A DNA stretch of 32,000 nucleotides from Candidatus Velamenicoccus archaeovorus (GTDB lineage: Bacteria > Omnitrophota > Gorgyraeia > Velamenicoccales > Velamenicoccaceae): assembly GCF_004102945.1 (NCBI RefSeq), contig NZ_CP019384.1, forward strand, positions 1,890,001 through 1,922,000, read 5' to 3'. How positions within the stretch are numbered: the first letter of the stretch is position 1; the number at the start of each line of letters is the position of its first letter. Below, in pieces: positions 16,944-25,200 of this stretch. Under the pieces are notes generated by a model. It did not search any database. It worked only from the letters and a program-made list of their open reading frames with translations, and had not been told where the DNA came from. The position numbers and the translations under genes are program-made.

Positions 16944-17126
16944 CTACACCACCATCTTCGCAAGATCGTCATCAATCAAAGCAATATTTTCATCTATCTT
17001 CTGCCTCTGCTTCAAAAACATATCTTTTGCGGTTTTAAGGTTTCCCTTTGAGTACTCCTGTTTTTCGCCGTTAGGATAGGTAACGATTTTCTTTCCATTC
17101 TTATATTCCACTGTGGCTTTTGCCAT
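16944..17126 (-). CDS. Phage hypothetical protein
   Basis: 60-aa ORF with AAAGGAGG upstream. Confidence 0.4.
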   Translation of the reverse strand: MAKATVEYKNGKKIVTYPNGEKQEYSKGNLKTAKDMFLKQRQKIDENIALIDDDLAKMVV

Positions 17127-17139
17127 TTTCTACCTCCTT

Positions 17140-17694
17140 TTAAGACTGACCGCCTCTGACAGGCCGGACAAAACACATATCGCTAACTCTGCTCCAGACT
17201 GTTTTATAACCATCATATGGATACATACACCAGGCTCCGTCAAGCCATGGCGCACAGACAGTTGACGACCAATTAGGCGTCCATGTATCCGGAAATGGTA
17301 TGAAATACATTGGATCAAATGCCGGATCATACCTTGAATGGTCTACAATTGATAAAAGTTCGTTAATATTCGGCATGCGCCAGTCGTCATGACCGGCAAA
17401 GTCAAGATTCTCGCAGGCGTTGATCGCGTCATACCAGTACATAGACGATCCTAACCCTGCTGCCTGTGGATCCTTTATCCACATAAGACCTGTGGCCATA
17501 TCGATTATTGTTCCGTCACCGTTATCAATGAACCTCTGTCCGCCGCCAATTGGATATCCTTTCTGATAATAACCGTCGTCTCCCATAACATAGACCATAT
17601 ATTGTCCCGTCTTCGGGAGCCCGCCGTTTGAAGTTATCTCTGTTACCCGCTTTATTATCCTGCTTGCTTTCCTGTGCTTAAGATGCAGTTGCAT
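17140..17694 (-). CDS. DUF1566 (Lcl C-terminal, lectin-like) domain protein; likely distal fibre or receptor-binding component
   Basis: DNGDGTIIDMATGLMWIKD...WYDAINACENLDFAGHDDWRMPNINEL...WSST...VRPV matches the DUF1566 signature. The preferred start is the ATG at 17694, with GAGGAGG upstream; the track start at 17703 is a GTG. Confidence 0.65.
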   Translation of the reverse strand: MQLHLKHRKASRIIKRVTEITSNGGLPKTGQYMVYVMGDDGYYQKGYPIGGGQRFIDNGDGTIIDMATGLMWIKDPQAAGLGSSMYWYDAINACENLDFAGHDDWRMPNINELLSIVDHSRYDPAFDPMYFIPFPDTWTPNWSSTVCAPWLDGAWCMYPYDGYKTVWSRVSDMCFVRPVRGGQS

Positions 17695-17708
17695 TTTTAA
17701 CACCTCCT

Positions 17709-17999
17709 CTATGCTTCGTAAGTTGCTGTAATTTTTCCTGACTCGCTCCCCGTCTTGATCACCCTGAAATCTTTTATGTGATAAATAGAGGGCAGTTCTA
17801 CAATATCCCCGTCTTCTAAAAGGGCGCCGGATGACGGTGTAGGATTCTGCCCGTTAACGAAATACCTCATCTGACCGCCTTCCGCATGAATAAGCGCAAA
17901 AGAAGCAGGCACACCGATGCCCGGATCATAAATTGACGGCGTCAAACTCCTGGCAACATCATCAACAATGATCTCCTCGTGATTAATAACCTTTCCCAT
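17709..17999 (-). CDS. Phage hypothetical protein, 96 aa, 2 nt after the second radical SAM gene
   Basis: ORF in tight operon register. No diagnostic motif. Confidence 0.45.
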   Translation of the reverse strand: MGKVINHEEIIVDDVARSLTPSIYDPGIGVPASFALIHAEGGQMRYFVNGQNPTPSSGALLEDGDIVELPSIYHIKDFRVIKTGSESGKITATYEA

Positions 18000-18001
18000 A
18001 G

Positions 18002-19354
18002 CTAAGTTCCTCCTTTAATTTTTACCGCCGGACCGCTTTCAAATACTGTCTTTGTGGGCGGCGGTATCTTTTGTTGAACATCATCCCAATCTCTTAAGCA
18101 AAATTTGACATTCCTATTTTCAGAGTAAAACCTCTCTAAATCCGCTGCTTTCATCCTTTCATGCGCGCAAGGATAAAAGGCCGGATTAAGGTCTTCTAAA
18201 TCTATGTGCTTATACTTTTCGTAGTCAGGAGTGCCCGGGATCGGCGTATATGGCAGAGTTACTGCCTCTGCTCCATAGCTTTTAATCAGGTCAATAGTGT
18301 GTTTAATGTCTTCCGTGGTTTGGTTTGGCGCGCCAATGATTAGAAAAGAACGAAGCCTCTGGAAATGCCTCTTTGCGATATTCATTGCCCGTTCCCAATC
18401 GGCAACAAAACAATTTCTTCTCCATTCTTTAATGATAATATCGCTGGCGCTCTCAATCGGGATATTGACCGAACGAAACCCGGCATTAACCATCTTCTCT
18501 GCAATCTCATCAGTTAATAAGCGCGCCTCTACGCCGCCGTAGGAATAAAGCTCGATGTTTAAACCTTCTTGGATAACCTTATCGAGAATAATTTTAAAGT
18601 GATTTTCGTATCCGTAGAGGATATTGGCGTCGAGAAAGATAAACTTCTTTATTCCCATTGACGTATAGTATTTAAGTTCACTCACCACTTCATCCGGACT
18701 GGTATTCACTTTTGTGCAGCCTTCCACAATGTGAACGGCGCAATACGAGCAATGGTTAGGACAGCCCACCGAGGTCCCAAGGAATATCCTCTCAGGAATG
18801 TTATCTCCGAATAAATCCGTATCTATCTTGATAAAATTATCGTTTACAGTCTTTTCTTCTAAGGTCATTATTTCATCGGCCCCTGATGCCACAGCATGTT
18901 CCGGACAAAGAATAGCGTATAGGCCGCCGACCTTTACCGGAACCTTCGGCATTGTCCTTTTACACTCGGCTACGATCTCATAAACTGCCCGCCAAAGAAA
19001 AGTAAAGGTATTGCCTACAAAGATCTTGTCAGGCTGAAACTCCTCCAGTTTTTTTGTCAGCTCTTGGATCGGCAAGCCCAGCCTGTGAAACTCCCTGCAG
19101 AGTTTTTCATTCTCAAAGTTGCCGCATTTCTTATAACCGATGAATTGCGATACCGGCATGCCCTTGAAATACATTGCGTCAGGCTTGTTCTCCATAAACT
19201 TCCTCGGCCGGTAAAGAGGATACATGTTAAAAAGCTCAACTGCATGGCCTTCCCTGCGCAATTTTGTCGCAACCTTGTAAATACCCACCGGCGAATTCCG
19301 ATACATCATCGTTATAGTGGTATATTCATATGGAACGATGCATAAATACTTCAT
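18002..19354 (-). CDS. Radical SAM enzyme with an N-terminal B12-binding-like domain (class B architecture)
   Basis: CPNHCSYC (CX3CX2C) at about residue 200. It is preceded by a Rossmann-like region (PVGIYKVATKLRREGHAVELFNM) like the cobalamin-binding domain of class B radical SAM enzymes. Confidence 0.8.
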   Translation of the reverse strand: MKYLCIVPYEYTTITMMYRNSPVGIYKVATKLRREGHAVELFNMYPLYRPRKFMENKPDAMYFKGMPVSQFIGYKKCGNFENEKLCREFHRLGLPIQELTKKLEEFQPDKIFVGNTFTFLWRAVYEIVAECKRTMPKVPVKVGGLYAILCPEHAVASGADEIMTLEEKTVNDNFIKIDTDLFGDNIPERIFLGTSVGCPNHCSYCAVHIVEGCTKVNTSPDEVVSELKYYTSMGIKKFIFLDANILYGYENHFKIILDKVIQEGLNIELYSYGGVEARLLTDEIAEKMVNAGFRSVNIPIESASDIIIKEWRRNCFVADWERAMNIAKRHFQRLRSFLIIGAPNQTTEDIKHTIDLIKSYGAEAVTLPYTPIPGTPDYEKYKHIDLEDLNPAFYPCAHERMKAADLERFYSENRNVKFCLRDWDDVQQKIPPPTKTVFESGPAVKIKGGT

Positions 19355-19357
19355 GGC

Positions 19358-20644
19358 TTAGTCCTTAGGCTTCGCGGTAAGCAAAGACAGCCCCTTCTTT
19401 ACATCCTGCAACTCTTTCACCAGGCGGATCATACAACGGGCCATTACGTCTAACTTGTCCTCTACAAGCTCCGCAGGCTCATCTTTGTTGACCTTATATA
19501 TAACGCCTTTATCTTTTAGGTCTGCCATTTCGCCCTCTTTAAGTAATAATTTACCTTCCACAAGCAGCCTCCTTATTATTGGCCGTAAGGCACTGGATAT
19601 CCTTTCATTCATTTCGCAGTAGCCGTTGTCAGGAACCGCCGCGGGATCCTGATTTAAATACATGTTTGTCGCAAAACACCTGTTGCAGGAAAACACCTTG
19701 CAGTTAAGGCATTTAACCGCCTTCTGGCGCATTTCTTTGATTTTCTTAAAAGCCTTGCCGTTTTCGTCTATCCCTTTCCAGACATCGCCCAGGCAAAAAT
19801 CATATTTTTTAGAGTAGGCAACGAATCTGTGGCAAGGATAGATCTTGCCCTCAGTTGAAATGCCTATTAAGTATTCCCCGGCCCTGCAGCCTTTCTGCCG
19901 GTTAAATGAATTGTCTACTATCCTCTCCAAAGAATGGTGCAGATAGTTAAAATACTGGTTATGGCCTCTCTGGTAATACAGCTCGATGCATTTTTTAAGC
20001 TCATCTATAAATGTGCTGATTACCTCGTCATTCCAGTCGCCTTCTACAATGGGCGTGAGGTTTGTCACAGGCGTGCCAAAAGAAAGCAAAGCCTCAAAAT
20101 CTTTTGAGAGTGATTTTATGTTCTCAGGAGTGACGGTCATGCGCACGCCCACACTTTTAAAAATCTCCCGGATCTTTTTAATGTTCTCTGAAATGACCTT
20201 ATAGCTTCCCTCATCATTGGCAAATACCCTGTTGGCATTGTGAGTTTCCTCGCAGCCGTCCAAAGACACCTGGAAGTGCCAGTTGAAATTGCCATATGGG
20301 CGGATACTTTTAAAATAGTCTGTCATCTCATCTGTCAATACCGTCCCGTTGGACAAGATATGAATACCGGCCCTAAAGTTCAGCTTATCGCATACATCCC
20401 TAAGGTAATCGATACCGGCCCTGACCGTAGGAAAATTAAGAAGCGGCTCTCCGCCAAAGAATGTAAAGGTCAGACTTTCAAAAGGCCGGGCAAACATCTC
20501 CTTTTCATAATGGCCTACCAGCCAGTCTATGCCCGCAACCATAGTCTCGGGCGTCATGTCGCCTGCGCGGTTTTCTTCATAGCAGTATTTACAGCGCAGG
20601 TTGCATTTATTGGTCACAAAAATATAGGCAGACTTTGGCTTCAT
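19358..20644 (-). CDS. Radical SAM enzyme with a C-terminal SPASM/twitch-type auxiliary Cys cluster domain (anSME-like; no visible RRE)
   Basis: CNLRCKYC at residues 13-20 and FFGGEPLL. C-terminal GCRAGEYLIGISTEGKIYPCHRF...CLNCKVFSCNRC...GYCE. The start lies 1 nt after the stop of the Cys-rich fibre protein gene. Confidence 0.85.
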   Translation of the reverse strand: MKPKSAYIFVTNKCNLRCKYCYEENRAGDMTPETMVAGIDWLVGHYEKEMFARPFESLTFTFFGGEPLLNFPTVRAGIDYLRDVCDKLNFRAGIHILSNGTVLTDEMTDYFKSIRPYGNFNWHFQVSLDGCEETHNANRVFANDEGSYKVISENIKKIREIFKSVGVRMTVTPENIKSLSKDFEALLSFGTPVTNLTPIVEGDWNDEVISTFIDELKKCIELYYQRGHNQYFNYLHHSLERIVDNSFNRQKGCRAGEYLIGISTEGKIYPCHRFVAYSKKYDFCLGDVWKGIDENGKAFKKIKEMRQKAVKCLNCKVFSCNRCFATNMYLNQDPAAVPDNGYCEMNERISSALRPIIRRLLVEGKLLLKEGEMADLKDKGVIYKVNKDEPAELVEDKLDVMARCMIRLVKELQDVKKGLSLLTAKPKD

Positions 20645-20645
20645 T

Positions 20646-21221
20646 TTAATCTCCGCAATCGCATTCGCTGCAGCACTGCTCCTGGCAGGTGCAGGTACAA
20701 GTACACGTACAAGTGCAGGTACAAGTGCAAGTGCACTCGCATTCGCAGCAGACTATATGCGTATGCCCCGCTAAATTCTCTAAATGAGTCCTTAACTGTT
20801 CGTGAGCCGATGCCTTGATCCAGGTAATAAGCGCAACAACCGGATCATCCTCAAAAGCAAAGCCGGGCGCAAAAGCGTCAGAATTAACGCTGTATGCAGG
20901 CACATAGTGATAATGGCCGTTAAACGCCTTGATAAAATTTATGATCTCGTTTGTATGCGAGGCCTTTGGCGGCGTCTCATCTACAATAATCTGCGCGTTT
21001 GACTCGGCCCATGCCACCGATACATCCGGCAATTCTGCGTTTGAATTATTGCCGTTGAATACATGATAATGGCCGTCCAAGGCCTCTAAACAAGCCCTCA
21101 GTTCAACAATATGCGTCTTCTTAATAGGCGTAACATCCTGAACTAATGGATCGTCTGTCCATGCTGCAGGTATTGGATTTCCGCCTGAACTTTTTGGAGG
21201 CCCGCTTGTATAATTTCCCAT
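20646..21221 (-). CDS. Fibre-like protein with three HxH-ending repeats and a 16-Cys C-terminal tail including (Cys-Thr)x8; candidate radical SAM substrate
   Basis: Repeats end LDGHYH, FNGHYH and LAGHTH. The C-terminus reads IVCCECECTCTCTCTCTCTCTCTCQEQCCSECDCGD. AAGGA Shine-Dalgarno sequence. The gene is flanked by a fibre gene upstream and maturase-type genes downstream. Confidence 0.8.
   Translation of the reverse strand: MGNYTSGPPKSSGGNPIPAAWTDDPLVQDVTPIKKTHIVELRACLEALDGHYHVFNGNNSNAELPDVSVAWAESNAQIIVDETPPKASHTNEIINFIKAFNGHYHYVPAYSVNSDAFAPGFAFEDDPVVALITWIKASAHEQLRTHLENLAGHTHIVCCECECTCTCTCTCTCTCTCTCQEQCCSECDCGD
20685..20735 (-). repeat. Imperfect hexanucleotide coding repeat (TGY-ACN)x8 plus TGC
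   Basis: Minus strand reads TGC ACT TGC ACT TGT ACC TGC ACT TGT ACG TGT ACT TGT ACC TGC ACC TGC. Synonymous codons vary between units. Confidence 0.9.
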
Positions 21222-21230
21222 GTTTTTCCT

Positions 21231-21803
21231 TTATGCGTATACCGCTCTGGGCGGCGCATTCTCAAACCGGGAATTTGCGCTTATATATCTTAGACCCTGG
21301 CCGTCTTGAACAGAGCTAAGATGCACTGGAATTGTTTCATAAAACCCTTTCACGCCGCTTGCATTCGTTCCGTAACTCTTGTTATTCCCCGGCGAAGCTG
21401 CCCCGCCTTCCAGCTTTTCAGTGCCGACACCGCCGTCCTTTAGCTGCAGCTTGTCTCCTGCTGAAATCTGAAATACCATAGCATCTATCAGGCCGTCTAA
21501 ATAATCCGGCGCTGTATCGCTGACATCAGCTTTCAGCTTATTCGGCGAATTGGCCTCCGGCAGGACCCCGGCAGCAGAAGGAATGCTTGCCAGTCCGGTT
21601 AAAGCTGCGCCGCTCACTTTATTCGGTGTAACTATCTGCGCAAGCTTTGTGTCTTCAATCCCCGCTCCGGGCGCCACTTTCGCATTGGTAATTAAGAGAT
21701 TCGGGTCTGTGCCTAACTCCAAGGCTTCCCAGTTTGCCCTGCAGGCAGCCGGGAAGTTAATCAAAAGCATGTCATTTTCCGGCTTTGTTTTGTCCCAAGC
21801 CAT
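21231..21803 (-). CDS. Tail fibre protein (proximal part)
   Basis: The N-terminus MAWDKTKPENDMLL...CRANWEALE resembles conserved fibre N-termini in my recollection. Gly/Ala-rich extended sequence. GGGAGGT Shine-Dalgarno sequence. Positioned after the J-like gene. Confidence 0.55.
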   Translation of the reverse strand: MAWDKTKPENDMLLINFPAACRANWEALELGTDPNLLITNAKVAPGAGIEDTKLAQIVTPNKVSGAALTGLASIPSAAGVLPEANSPNKLKADVSDTAPDYLDGLIDAMVFQISAGDKLQLKDGGVGTEKLEGGAASPGNNKSYGTNASGVKGFYETIPVHLSSVQDGQGLRYISANSRFENAPPRAVYA

Positions 21804-22050
21804 CGGATACCTCCCTATTCTTATAGCTTTCAGCTACTTTATTCATGTCGTAAAGATCCGCGCCGTGCTCGCGCAAAGTCTCGATCCAGCAGACATCATG
21901 CATAAATAAAGCCTGTGCGTAGTTATACGCCTGCTCAATGCAGGTAAACACCAAAGGCCGCTTTTTGGGCGTGCGCAAAATAATGCTTCCTCTTATCAGC
22001 ACATAGGCCATATCAGCGGGGATCTCCTGTTTGCATCTTGAGCAAATCAT
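21772..22050 (-). CDS. Phage hypothetical protein with an N-terminal CxxC
   Basis: 92-aa ORF with an ATGA overlap to the upstream gene. Its 3' end overlaps the fibre gene start by 32 nt. Confidence 0.4.
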   Translation of the reverse strand: MICSRCKQEIPADMAYVLIRGSIILRTPKKRPLVFTCIEQAYNYAQALFMHDVCWIETLREHGADLYDMNKVAESYKNREVSDGLGQNKAGK

Positions 22051-22262
22051 TCCCGAACCCCTTCCGCGCTTTCCGCATGTTTAATAAACTTTTGCAGCAG
22101 GCCGTTAAGCACCGGTTTGCTAAAGTCAGCGTTCTTAATCCCGATAGTCTTTACCCGGGTTATTTCGCCGCCATCATTGACTTTATAAAGAATGACGCCG
22201 CTTGCAAAGACGCCGTTGTCAAACTCAATGATTACCTTACTTGGTATAAGTTTCTTTCCCAT
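22047..22262 (-). CDS. Phage hypothetical protein
   Basis: 71-aa ORF starting 2 nt after the stop of the J-like gene. Confidence 0.4.
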   Translation of the reverse strand: MGKKLIPSKVIIEFDNGVFASGVILYKVNDGGEITRVKTIGIKNADFSKPVLNGLLQKFIKHAESAEGVRE

Positions 22263-22264
22263 CT

Positions 22265-25200
22265 TTAAACTCCGTGACTGTGCCAGTCAAAAGCACCGGT
22301 CTGCGCAACGCCTTGAGCATTAAACAGTTTGACCTTAAAACTTGTCGTAGACTTATCAACAAACTGCGTATAAACACCTCCCCCGGAAGTTATCTCAATA
22401 TGCACATTCGGCTCCTCGTGGTAAGTCTTGGTAAAAAATACCTCTTTGCCCTCGTTCGCGTCAGAAACTGCATCGCTTCCAAAATCATCCACGTCCGGCA
22501 AATCTGCAAGGTACTGTAAAGTTGAGCAAGTCACATAATCGCCTAGGTTTTCGCGCGTAAGGACCATCTTAATTTGAAAGTATCTGCAGTAATAATCTCC
22601 CGGCTGATAATCTGCCCATTCGGACCAGTTGATATTATCCTCAGACAAGCGTATCTTGAAGCTGGCTACATTTTGCGTCTCTTGCCCTGTAAAGCGGTAA
22701 GACAGGCTGTCATTAAACCGCGCATCCGGGTCGCTGTTAAACCTTCTGCCGGTTGATAAGGAAATGATAGCCTCTATCTCAATAAATGCCGCTGCTACAT
22801 ATCCTATATCCCGCACAGGCGTATCATATTCTCCGGAAAGAAATCCGTCGGAAATTACCAGCGTCTCAAAACTGACTTCAAGATTTGTCTTTACGCCTGG
22901 CCATAATGGATGCTCCTGATATTCAGCAACTATATTCCTAAATGGGATCTCGCCTACAGTAAGGACCGACTGTGTGGGGTTTTCAGAATAGTTGCCTGAA
23001 GTATCAATGGCCTTAATCCAGAATTTCTGGTCAATGCCTTTTTTAAGGCCCGTGGTAAGATAATGCGTCCCCTGCTGGAAAGTTATCACCTCGCCGCTTT
23101 CCCAGTCTACTCCCCGCCTGATTTCGTATCCCCAGACATCCACATCCGAGATCTCGCTCCAGCCGAAATAAAGCTGATCCCTATTCTGATTAACCAAGAA
23201 AGTTGAAACGTCGCTGGGAGGCGCGGATTTGCCCACAACAGCAATAGAGGCTTCGGGAGCCGCGGTCAGAGAACTTTCCTCATCCATATCCGTTAATGAA
23301 GTAACCCTGACTTTATAGGTATGCCGGTCAACGATATCGCCGATGATTCTAAAATACGATCCGGTGGTTTCCCCTCTTGCTCCCCAACTTAAGCCCCCGT
23401 CATCGCTTAAATAAATTTTTGCTCTGGCAAAGGATTTGACATAATGATCAACAAATACCGGCCGGTCAAACCAAACATCAATGGCATTCTCAATGGTGCC
23501 GTCGGTCTTCTTAACCAGAGATTCGGTTAGTGTAAGATTTGTTACAGTTGGAATTTCCCCTGATAAAGAGGAATAATTATTTTGAGGCAGGATGATATCA
23601 GAGTCGTCATAGACAGCTTCGTTATACTCCAAGGCCTGAATCTGCACTTCATTCTTGCCTTCTCTTTGAATAGCTACAACCCTAAAGTCTTTCTTGACCT
23701 TATTCGTCTCGCCTATGGCAAAAACGTCAAAACCCTGCGGCGTATTTGTAAATGCCTGGCAGCTAATTTCTGTATATGTCCCGGCCGGAGAAGTAATTAA
23801 TCTTTCATCGATTGAATCATCTGAAAACCTGATTTGTATTTTGTAGGATTTGCCGTCTTCAATGGTCATCGGCCGGTCCAGCTTAATTAATACCGTTGTG
23901 GAGCCGTCCTTTACCCTGCCTGAAAATCCCCACTGCGGCACATCATGCGAAAGAGAAATGATATCCCCTGCCTGGCATGCAACCGCGTCAATACCTGCCT
24001 TAAAAACAATTGAGCGGTTGATATACTTTGCTACCTTTAAGGCATAGCGCGCTGCGCGGATAGCATAGCTTGCACCGGTAGTAAATAAACGGACCTGGCT
24101 TTTACGCATCGGCGCGCCGTTAGCTAAATCCTCCTCATCGATATAAGCGATAGTCTCCTGGCGGTAGTTTTTCTCTTTATCCGTAAACTGCACCTCAATC
24201 ACATTCGGCACTTCTTTAATCGTCTTCCAACTCTGCACAAAACTGTCTTTGACAATATTACCCATACCGAAAAGCTGAGTCGGCAAAGTCTGTTTATCTA
24301 TCTTGAAAGCAATCCCGCCTGCGCTGTATACCGGCATGGCGTTAAATACAGCGCTCAACTGAATCAGAATATCTAAAGCTTTATGATTGGAGTCAATGAC
24401 AACGTCTAACCTAAAGCGTTTCTCAAAACCGCCTTTTCCGTCAGCAACTTTCTCCTCGCAATACTGCGACATCTCCAAGAGCGAAGCGTTATCCAGATGC
24501 GTTGTTAAAATAAACTCCCCTAGCCCGTAACGGTTACTAATAATGAAATCCCTCAGGCACCATACCGGATTAGCTGAATATTTCTGGACATAGGTTATGC
24601 CGTCCCATTCAAGCAAAGTATCGTCGGATAAGAGCCGGTAATTGCTTCCGTCCCAGTAATAATCCTCCCAGCTGACCTGCGCGCCGGAATTCCTGATGTC
24701 CGGCACCAAAACCTTTTTGCCTTTAACAACTGCGGTAACATTCGGGGTTCCGCCGTTAAGCTGATCTGTGGCCAAAAGCTGTAGCCCTAAAAGCGCGGTA
24801 TTCGGATAACTTAAGTCATCGGTCTTAAGTTCATCTATTTGAAACAACGTTAAATCACCTTGCCGAAGTGGTGAAAGAGAACTGTCGTCTGAAGTGCGGG
24901 TGATTCTGATGTCGTACTGCCCGGGAGCAAGCCCTGCTTTACGGAATACCCTGCGCACTGTAGAGCGGGATTTTTCAGAGATAGTAGTCTCGCCTAAATC
25001 AATATAAGTGCCTTCGGAATGCAGCTTGTATTCAACCTTATAAGTGACGCTCCAACTCTGGATATCTCCGGATCCTGAACTCTGCTGGTAAAGCCCGTTA
25101 TTCAGCCTTAAGTGAATTTCAAAACCTTCCACATCCAAATCCACAGTGGTATAAATATAAGGGCTGTCTTTTACCAGGTTGGCATTGACCGGATAAAGGT

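Noticed and set aside
17140-17330. Possible diversity-generating retroelement target: a DUF1566/C-type-lectin-like C-terminus (WSSTVCAPWLDGAWCMYPYDGYKTVWSRVSDMCFVRPV) is a classic DGR variable-region context
   Set aside because: The window has no reverse transcriptase ORF, and I could not find a template-repeat copy of this segment by eye. This remains unproven rather than excluded. A self-alignment of the full element would settle it.
20685-20735. The short tandem repeat could be mistaken for a CRISPR-like or microsatellite array
   Set aside because: The unit is only 6 nt with no spacers. It lies in frame within a well-supported CDS and encodes (Cys-Thr)x8. No CRISPR array or cas gene is present anywhere in the window.
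20240-20818. 192-aa plus-strand ORF whose C-terminus reads CRYKYTYKCRYKCKC across the repeat
   Set aside because: It is the antisense shadow of the radical SAM/SPASM gene and the Cys-rich fibre gene, both of which have diagnostic motifs and ribosome-binding sites on the minus strand. It has no Shine-Dalgarno sequence or motif of its own. The same reasoning rejects the other long plus-strand ORFs, such as 14453-14908, 10501-10908, 12836-13216 and 21550-21909.
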